A stretch of DNA of 59,143 nucleotides, from contig CBDUQR010000015.1 of assembly GCA_965369655.1 (NCBI GenBank), positions 1 through 59,143 on the forward strand. Direction: 5' to 3'. The notes beneath the pieces were generated by a model. That model saw only the letters and a list, made by a program, of their open reading frames with translations. It made no database searches and was not told the origin of the DNA. Of this stretch, positions 52,451 to 59,143 are shown piece after piece. Numbering within the stretch: position 1 is the stretch's first letter; the number at the start of each line of letters is the position of its first letter. The DNA comes from an uncultured bacterium (GTDB lineage Bacteria > Zixibacteria > MSB-5A5 > JAABVY01 > JAHJOQ01). The translations under genes were made by a program, and so were the position numbers.

Positions 52451-53920
52451 TTGCCGCCTGTATCTTTGATTCTTCTGTTTCTGTTACCGCTGCTTGCCGC
52501 ACTGGCGTTGTCAATCATCGGCAGATCGACGGCGAAGGGTCTGATACTGCTGACAGCGGTGATTCCACTTGAAGCGTTCGCCACAATTGAGGCTGGTTTC
52601 ACGATCCCGCCATCATACGTGCTGCTGGTGATTCTCCTGATAGGTTCGATATTTAAGGGCGAATCGCTTTCGATCAGGTTTCCCGGAGCCGCGCCGGTGC
52701 TGGCATATCTCGGCATAGCGGTTGTTGCGACAGCTTTGGCGTTTGCAGGAACGGTCGATATCCCCGCGATGCAATTCGATCAGGCAGCAAGATTCCGGGC
52801 AGGGCCTCTTCGAAGCCCTATCCAACTCGCACTGATTTTCTTTCACTTCAGTCTATTCTTCCTCGTCGCAGCCAGAGTCAAAAGCATCGAGACCGCTGAT
52901 CGGATTCTGCGGATGCATCTTGTTGCAGGGCTGTGCCTCGCGCTGGTCGGTATTTACCAGATTGCGGCTTTCACATTCGATCTGCCTCTGAAAGACCTGA
53001 CATGGTCGATCGATGCGGTCGAAAATTCCAGCGCGTACACTTATAGCCAGGTTCGCTACTATTCCGCGGGTGTCGCTCAATTTTCATCGAGAGCCACGTT
53101 CCTGGAATCACTCCATTTCGCAAGCTACCTGAACTCGGTCGTACCGATCGCGCTTGCCCTGTGGGTGGGCAGGTCTGCCGGCACTCGTGAGAGATTCGGA
53201 GTGTTCGCTTCGCCTCTGGTCGCAATCCTTGGAATCATCGCATTGTTTCTGACCATGTCGCGATCCGGCTGGGCTGCTTTCGCAATCGCATCGCTGATAA
53301 TCGCATTTCGCCTGTCGCCGAGGGTCCTCTTCATTCATATTCCGTTGGTTGCGGTGATACTCGCGGGCGGAGTACTGATCCTGTCTAAAGTCGGGTTCTT
53401 CCCCGAATCAATGTCGTCGCTCGGGGCTGTCATAAGCGGAAGACTGAATCTCGATGGTATCCTGCTCGATCCGCGAGTCAGCTACTTCCACATTTTACTC
53501 GAAAGTTTCCAACAGCATCCGGTGCTCGGTGTCGGCGCTGGGAATTTCGCGCTTATCGCACCGGCGATGATCGGATCCGACACGATCCACAGCGCGCATG
53601 GTCTGCTCTGGACCGCGCTCGCCGATTTCGGAGTGCTCGGATTTCTTGGCATGCTCTCGGTGTTCTCCGTCATTCTGTTCAAACTTAACCGCGCCATCTC
53701 GCGCTGCAGTGTGAACGCCGACAGAATCATCATGGTCGGACTGTTCGCTGCTATCTGCGGGCTTATGGCGCAGTCCCTGTTTTGCAACGACCGCCCGCCA
53801 CTCTATCTCATGCTCCTGATGGGGCTTTCGACAGTCTACATTTCTCAAACTGCGGCCAACCGATCGGACCGTGATCCGGGACACGGCAATCAGTATGCTG
53901 TGGTGCCTTCTGAAACCTGA
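52451..53920 (+). CDS. O-antigen ligase/polymerase (Wzy_C) family membrane protein
   Basis: Many TMs; T.SRSGW, HPVLGVGAGNF, SAHG...LAD.G..G. Confidence 0.85.
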   Translation: MPPVSLILLFLLPLLAALALSIIGRSTAKGLILLTAVIPLEAFATIEAGFTIPPSYVLLVILLIGSIFKGESLSIRFPGAAPVLAYLGIAVVATALAFAGTVDIPAMQFDQAARFRAGPLRSPIQLALIFFHFSLFFLVAARVKSIETADRILRMHLVAGLCLALVGIYQIAAFTFDLPLKDLTWSIDAVENSSAYTYSQVRYYSAGVAQFSSRATFLESLHFASYLNSVVPIALALWVGRSAGTRERFGVFASPLVAILGIIALFLTMSRSGWAAFAIASLIIAFRLSPRVLFIHIPLVAVILAGGVLILSKVGFFPESMSSLGAVISGRLNLDGILLDPRVSYFHILLESFQQHPVLGVGAGNFALIAPAMIGSDTIHSAHGLLWTALADFGVLGFLGMLSVFSVILFKLNRAISRCSVNADRIIMVGLFAAICGLMAQSLFCNDRPPLYLMLLMGLSTVYISQTAANRSDRDPGHGNQYAVVPSET

Positions 53921-53934
53921 TCACCACTCTCCGG

Positions 53935-56673
53935 CTACCTGAATTCAAACGAGATTATATCCTCGTCTGTCTTCAGAAGTACCAGTTTCCCCGGCACGGC
54001 ATCCTCGCTCATTTTCTGCACGAGACTGCGTGATATCTCCGGCAACAGCGTTCGCTCGATGATGTAGTCGACGTAGCGAGCTCCCGTTTCGCCGACAGTG
54101 CATCGCTCAGCTATCGCTTCAAGGACATCGTCACCGTATTCCACCGAGATCCTGTGGGCATTCTGCATTCTCTCGGCGAGAGCATTCAGCTTCAGCCCCA
54201 CGATCTTGCCCATCGCATCCTTGTCGAGCGGGAAGAACGGGATAATCTTCATCCTTGCCAGAAGTGCAGCCTGGAAGTAGCGGGTCAACTCAGGTCGTAT
54301 AAGCTCGATCATCTGGTCGGGGTCCGGATACTGCTCGCCCTGGCACGCCTGTGTCATGACGTCGGATGCAAGGTTGGACGTCATCATAAGGACCGTGTTC
54401 TTGAAGTTGATTTCGCGTCCCTCGCCATCGCGCATGAAACCTTTGTCGAAAACCTGATAGAAGAGATTCATCACCTCCCGATCAGCCTTCTCGACCTCGT
54501 CAAGCAGCACGACAGAGTATGGCCTGCGGCGCACGGCTTCTGTCAGGATACCTCCCTCGCCGTATCCGACGTAGCCCGGAGGAGAGCCTTTGAGTTGCGA
54601 AACGGTATGCTTCTCCTGGTACTCCGACATGTTGATCACAGTCATGAATTTCTCGCCACCGAAGAGCACTTCGGCAGTCCATTTCGCTGTTTCGGACTTG
54701 CCGACACCGGATGGCCCGACAAACAGGAACACACCTATCGGATTATCCTGCTTGCCCATGCCCGACTTTGTGACTCGAATCGTGTCAGCAATTTCACTCA
54801 GGGCGTGATCCTGTCCTATGATATGCTTCCCGACGATGTTCTCGAATTCGAGCAGTGCGCTCGCCTGATCTCTAACCATCCGCCCCACCGGAATCCCGGT
54901 CCAGTCTGCTATCACGGACGCAACTACAGACTCATCGACATCAACCAGGACCAGCGGTTCATCTTCCTGAATCTGCCTGAGTTGATCGCGCAACGCTGTC
55001 AGCTTCTTGACGATCTGATCGCGATCGAGGGATGCATCTTCCTCAACCGAAGGTTCATTATCGCCATCAGGCTCGTCCACCTTCTTCTCGGTTGCCTTCT
55101 CGGTATCAACTTCGTCCGCCACTGTCTCTTCCGAGCGGCCGCCGAGCTTCCGGAGCTTTGCCTGCAGCTCAACGATCTTGTCTGCAATTTCCGATTGCCG
55201 GGTCCAGTTCCCTTCCAGTTCGAATATCTGCTCCTCGATCCGCTTGAGTTCTCTGTCGGCGTCTTCGATCTCAATCTTGTTGTCCGCATATCCATCGGCG
55301 ACGTCGCGATGCAGGCTGTCGAGCTTGCCCTGGATATACGTCCGCTGTCTTTCAAGCAGATCAAGTCGCTTTGGTTTTCCCGCCGCAGTCATCTTGACTC
55401 TTGCCGAGGCGGTATCGAGGACATCGACCGCCTTGTCTGGAAGCTGGCGACCGGCAATGTACCTGTGCGAAAGATTCGCGGCTGCGGTGACGGCGGCATC
55501 CGTGATTGTGATACCGTGATGCTTCTCGTAGATTGTCCTGATTCCACGCAGCATGATCGAGGCAGTCTCTGCGTCGGGCTCGTCAACCTTCACCATCTGG
55601 AATCTGCGTTCCAGCGCCGGATCCTTCTCGATGTATTTCTTGTATTCGGTCCATGTTGTAGCGCCGATAGTGCGAAGCGTGCCCCTTGCGAGCGCCGGTT
55701 TCAGCAGGTTGGCGGCATCGCCCATTCCCGCCTGGCCGCCCGCACCGATAAGGGTGTGAGCTTCGTCGATGAACATGATGATTCGATTCTCAGAATCGAC
55801 GATCTGTTTTATCACTGATTTGAGCCTGTTCTCGAATTCGCCCTTGACCCCGGCCCCGGCCTGAAGAAGCCCCAGGTCGAGAGAACGAATCTCGGTATCC
55901 TTCAGACTGTCCGGAACATCGCCGGCGACCAGGCGGAGCGCGAGACCCTCAACGATAGCGGTCTTTCCGACACCCGCCTCGCCCACGAGAATCGGGTTGT
56001 TCTTTCTTCTGCGACTCAATATGTCTATAACCTGCCTGATCTCTTCATCGCGGCCGCTGACAGGGTCAATCTCGCCATCACGGGCACGTCCCGTTACATC
56101 GACCATGTACAGGTCGAGGGCGGTCTCGCCTTTCTTTGCCGACGGAACTTCCATTATCCGCTCGCGACGGTCGGCGGGTTCGATCATATTCTCCGCCGAC
56201 GTCGAAACTATGTCGAAGAACTCGTTCCGGAGTTTCCTGGGTTCGATGTCGGATATTGCCTCACCAAACAGTGTGCGCGAAAAACGCGAGTCTTCGAGAA
56301 ACGGCCCAAACATCATACCTGATCTTATTCTGTTCTTCCCGTAATGAATGGAAGCTGACAGCCAGGACGCCTCGAGCAGTTCCAGAAGATCGCGCGAGAA
56401 TCGAGGCCTGCCCGTGTTCCCGGACTCAAATCTATCCAGTTTCCTGTTCAGCATATCCCAGAGCTTGTCATGTTCGATATTGAAATGATCGAGTATGAGA
56501 GGGATATCGCCGTTCCCAGCCTCCATCAGCTTTATGATAAAATGATCCGGATAGACTTCGTAGTGCGTCCTCGATACGGAGAATCCGGCTGCTGCCTCCA
56601 GCGCCATGTTCATGTGGCTGTTAAGGTGGCCAAGCAGTGTCTTAACGTCGTCCCTGCTCAATATCATGGTCAT
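53935..56673 (-). CDS. tssH: type VI secretion AAA+ ATPase TssH/ClpV
   Basis: ClpV-type N-terminus (D.K.L...LN...[15 protein letters not shown]); two AAA modules; [45 protein letters not shown]. Confidence 0.9.
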   Translation of the reverse strand: MTMILSRDDVKTLLGHLNSHMNMALEAAAGFSVSRTHYEVYPDHFIIKLMEAGNGDIPLILDHFNIEHDKLWDMLNRKLDRFESGNTGRPRFSRDLLELLEASWLSASIHYGKNRIRSGMMFGPFLEDSRFSRTLFGEAISDIEPRKLRNEFFDIVSTSAENMIEPADRRERIMEVPSAKKGETALDLYMVDVTGRARDGEIDPVSGRDEEIRQVIDILSRRRKNNPILVGEAGVGKTAIVEGLALRLVAGDVPDSLKDTEIRSLDLGLLQAGAGVKGEFENRLKSVIKQIVDSENRIIMFIDEAHTLIGAGGQAGMGDAANLLKPALARGTLRTIGATTWTEYKKYIEKDPALERRFQMVKVDEPDAETASIMLRGIRTIYEKHHGITITDAAVTAAANLSHRYIAGRQLPDKAVDVLDTASARVKMTAAGKPKRLDLLERQRTYIQGKLDSLHRDVADGYADNKIEIEDADRELKRIEEQIFELEGNWTRQSEIADKIVELQAKLRKLGGRSEETVADEVDTEKATEKKVDEPDGDNEPSVEEDASLDRDQIVKKLTALRDQLRQIQEDEPLVLVDVDESVVASVIADWTGIPVGRMVRDQASALLEFENIVGKHIIGQDHALSEIADTIRVTKSGMGKQDNPIGVFLFVGPSGVGKSETAKWTAEVLFGGEKFMTVINMSEYQEKHTVSQLKGSPPGYVGYGEGGILTEAVRRRPYSVVLLDEVEKADREVMNLFYQVFDKGFMRDGEGREINFKNTVLMMTSNLASDVMTQACQGEQYPDPDQMIELIRPELTRYFQAALLARMKIIPFFPLDKDAMGKIVGLKLNALAERMQNAHRISVEYGDDVLEAIAERCTVGETGARYVDYIIERTLLPEISRSLVQKMSEDAVPGKLVLLKTDEDIISFEFR

Positions 56674-57454
56674 TCTCCTTCAGAGATTGATTAGATGCTC
56701 TGTCCGGAAGCCTTGTCAGCTTCCCGCTTTCGAGTTGCCATATCTCATCGCACGAGCTTCGCAGCGCCTCCACATCATGTGAAATATAGAGAACTCCGGC
56801 ATGCTTCTCACGAGATACTCTCCTCACAAGTAACAGCATACTATTTTTAGAGGTGAGGTCAAGGCCGTTGAACGGCTCATCGAACACGATGAACCTGGGA
56901 CAGGTTTGCAGCGCTCGGAGGTTTACCACACGCCGTCGCTGTCCGAGACTCAAATCTCCGATATCGCGATGAAGCCACTGTGGATCAAACAACACCGAAT
57001 CCTCCAGCAGCCGCAGCCAGGGGCCTCGCTCCTGACGCTCGACTCGCATACAAAGCCTCGCATCCTTGAGCGCCTCGGCAACCGTAGAATTGAACGACAG
57101 AACAGCATCGGGATTCTGCGGTACGTAACGCAGCCACCCCCGAATCTGCTGCAATCGCGATTGACCGCATTCGCCGAGTCGGATGTCGCCGAGTGCCACG
57201 AAGCCGCCGTCAGGATTCAGGAGACCTGTCAGCATCTTGCCGAGAGTTGTTTTTCCCACTCCGGTGCGGCCGACAAGACCCACAACTCTACCCGCAACCA
57301 GGGCGAAATCGACGGAGTCGAGGATTAGCCTGGATGACCGGAGTCGACCATTTTCACTCATAAGAAACGTCTTCGTGACGCAGTTCAGGCTCAGTTCCTC
57401 AGCAGCAGCGAGTCTTCCGGGAAAGCTTGTCTTTCGATTCGAAGCATCTGTCAT
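56642..57454 (-). CDS. Opp/Dpp-type ABC ATPase (OppF-like)
   Basis: GRTGVGKT, LSLGQ, FDEP, ISHD; overlaps the tssH start. Confidence 0.82.
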   Translation of the reverse strand: MTDASNRKTSFPGRLAAAEELSLNCVTKTFLMSENGRLRSSRLILDSVDFALVAGRVVGLVGRTGVGKTTLGKMLTGLLNPDGGFVALGDIRLGECGQSRLQQIRGWLRYVPQNPDAVLSFNSTVAEALKDARLCMRVERQERGPWLRLLEDSVLFDPQWLHRDIGDLSLGQRRRVVNLRALQTCPRFIVFDEPFNGLDLTSKNSMLLLVRRVSREKHAGVLYISHDVEALRSSCDEIWQLESGKLTRLPDRASNQSLKENDHDIEQGRR

Positions 57455-57466
57455 ATCAGGAGTCTC

Positions 57467-58543
57467 TCAGTTCGTCTTCCCTGTCTCAGCATTGTTGTTC
57501 CTGAATAGCCAGCACGATACATCGTGACCGTCAGCCAGCGAGAAAAAAGGCGGCCGTTCGTGCCGACAGCGACCACGCAGGTCGGCAGAGGACTCTGGGT
57601 ATGAACATTCATCGACAAAGGGACAGCCGCGCAAACTGCTTTCCGCCGTGCCGAGCATCGACCTGCAAGGCTGGGCATCCTGATCTCCAAGAGCGAACCA
57701 GAGTTTACGAGTGTAGGGATGAAAACTCTCCGCCGAATCGTCTGTCAGGCACTTGCTGTCCATTCTCTCTATGACGACACCTTTGCAGAGAACCACGATC
57801 CTGTCGACCAGAGTAAGGAGTTCGTCCCTGTTGTGAGACGCTATCAGCAGACCCATCCCCTCGCCCCGCATTTTCTCCTTCAAGAGTTCGTTCACCTTCA
57901 TGCGGGTGTCACGGTCGATAGCTGTGGTCGGTTCGTCGGCCAGGAGAAGCTTCGGTCTGCCCGCGATGCTCAGCGCCAGTTGAATCCTCTGGCATTCGCC
58001 ACCGCTCAGTTCCAGGTTCACACGATTTCGAATCTGAGATGGATTGAGATCGAACTTTTGCAGGGCAGACTCGAACTCGTCAGTGAGATACTGATTCGAT
58101 CCGGTCTCGTCGTTGGACAGATGTTCGAGAAGCCGCGATGCCTGGTCGCCAATGGGAAGTCGTGGATCAAAACTGTATATGGGTTCCTGAAATGTCGACC
58201 GCCAATGTGAACCAAGAAACGGTTTTAACAGTTTGCGGTGTTTCCTGAAGAACCCCATGCAGTCCTTGTAGATCATACCCTTCGAACCGGTGGTGACATA
58301 ACGGCTCACTTCCGGTGACACCCTGTAGTCGCCGTAGAATACCTCGCCGCCTGTCCAGCCGGGTCCGTCAATCGGGAGGCCGAGGATCGATTTGATTATG
58401 GTCGACTTGCCGCAGCCGGAATGCCACCACAATCCCAGCGAGCCACCATCGTCCAACTGGAACGAGACATCGGTCACGGCCCTGACCATTTCCCGTCGGG
58501 TTTGAAATGCCACGAACAGATTCCTGATTTCAAGCTTCGGCAT
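57467..58543 (-). CDS. Opp/Dpp-type ABC ATPase (OppD-like)
   Basis: AVTDVSF, SGCGKS, LSGGECQR, ADEPTTA, HPYT, GCPF...C. Confidence 0.85.
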   Translation of the reverse strand: MPKLEIRNLFVAFQTRREMVRAVTDVSFQLDDGGSLGLWWHSGCGKSTIIKSILGLPIDGPGWTGGEVFYGDYRVSPEVSRYVTTGSKGMIYKDCMGFFRKHRKLLKPFLGSHWRSTFQEPIYSFDPRLPIGDQASRLLEHLSNDETGSNQYLTDEFESALQKFDLNPSQIRNRVNLELSGGECQRIQLALSIAGRPKLLLADEPTTAIDRDTRMKVNELLKEKMRGEGMGLLIASHNRDELLTLVDRIVVLCKGVVIERMDSKCLTDDSAESFHPYTRKLWFALGDQDAQPCRSMLGTAESSLRGCPFVDECSYPESSADLRGRCRHERPPFFSLADGHDVSCWLFRNNNAETGKTN

Positions 58544-58561
58544 AGATACTCCGTATATTTC

Positions 58562-59143
58562 CTAAGCTCCGGCAAGTTCCAGTCGCTCTCGCAGGGCATC
58601 GCCAAGCAGATAGAGCGAAGAGACGACAATCAACAGACTTATTACGGGTATGAAGAGCGCCCAGTTGTACTCGAGGATATTTATTTGCATAAGGCGTCCC
58701 CAGCTATGTATACCGGGGTCAACAAAATCAAAATACGCCATAGTCGATTCCCAGAGTATGAATGAACTGAGCATGAAAGGAAACATTGCCGAAAACAACG
58801 GCAATATCCGTCTTCGCAACAGATGCACGAAAAAAATCCTGCGGGACGACAGCCCAATTTCCATAGCGTATATGTACTGTTCACTATCGAGGAATTCCGA
58901 CATCCTGTCTCGAAGAACCGTAGCAGCGCCGAACATCAAGAAAACTCCCATACCGATCGAGAATTTCAGGACAGTGAGTTCTTCGACAACAAAAATCAGC
59001 AACAGGACAAGGAACTTGGGTACATTATCGATCAGCGCCAGTGAAGTATTCCCGATGTTCCTCAGATAGCGCCTCCACACAGAAGGACTGTAGATACTGT
59101 CTTGAAAGTCAAGCTCTGAATTCAGGATTGAATTCGATTTTTG
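58562..59143 (-). CDS. ABC permease (OppC-like), 5' end outside window
   Basis: Frame open to the window edge; EAA-like loop YIYAMEIGLS..RI...H; SWG and LLGDALR. Confidence 0.75.
   Translation of the reverse strand, partial: QKSNSILNSELDFQDSIYSPSVWRRYLRNIGNTSLALIDNVPKFLVLLLIFVVEELTVLKFSIGMGVFLMFGAATVLRDRMSEFLDSEQYIYAMEIGLSSRRIFFVHLLRRRILPLFSAMFPFMLSSFILWESTMAYFDFVDPGIHSWGRLMQINILEYNWALFIPVISLLIVVSSLYLLGDALRERLELAGA

Noticed and set aside
54154-55818. 554-aa plus-strand ORF
   Set aside because: Antisense shadow of tssH with no recognisable motifs; long antisense frames are common opposite Clp-family genes.

Overview
A 59 kb chromosomal window from a diderm bacterium. Repeated Cys-containing dockerin-like modules ([29 protein letters not shown]) suggest candidate division Zixibacteria; this is an inference. 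Housekeeping content: folP, a nucleotidyltransferase-metK-ahcY block, yggS-divIVA-PNP-ileS-dksA-lspA-rluD, tRNA-Val/Asp/Ala, Rrf2, TlpA, motAB and a tetraheme cytochrome c. Accessory content: an AAA ATPase + DUF4276 pair; a decayed serine-recombinase/hsdS island at tRNA-Asp; a four-gene cluster of two pilin-like secreted paralogues, a tandem PapD-like protein and a secretin; five dockerin-bearing secreted proteins, one with DGR variable-region hallmarks; an LRR gene inserted between inverted REP-like repeats; a large structured non-coding leader; a GlmL-fusion gene; and an Opp-type ABC operon ending in the T6SS ATPase tssH/clpV. Intergenic DNA holds several MITE and REP-like repeat families. 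No CRISPR array, rRNA or reverse transcriptase was seen. All family calls come from motif recognition by eye, not database searches.
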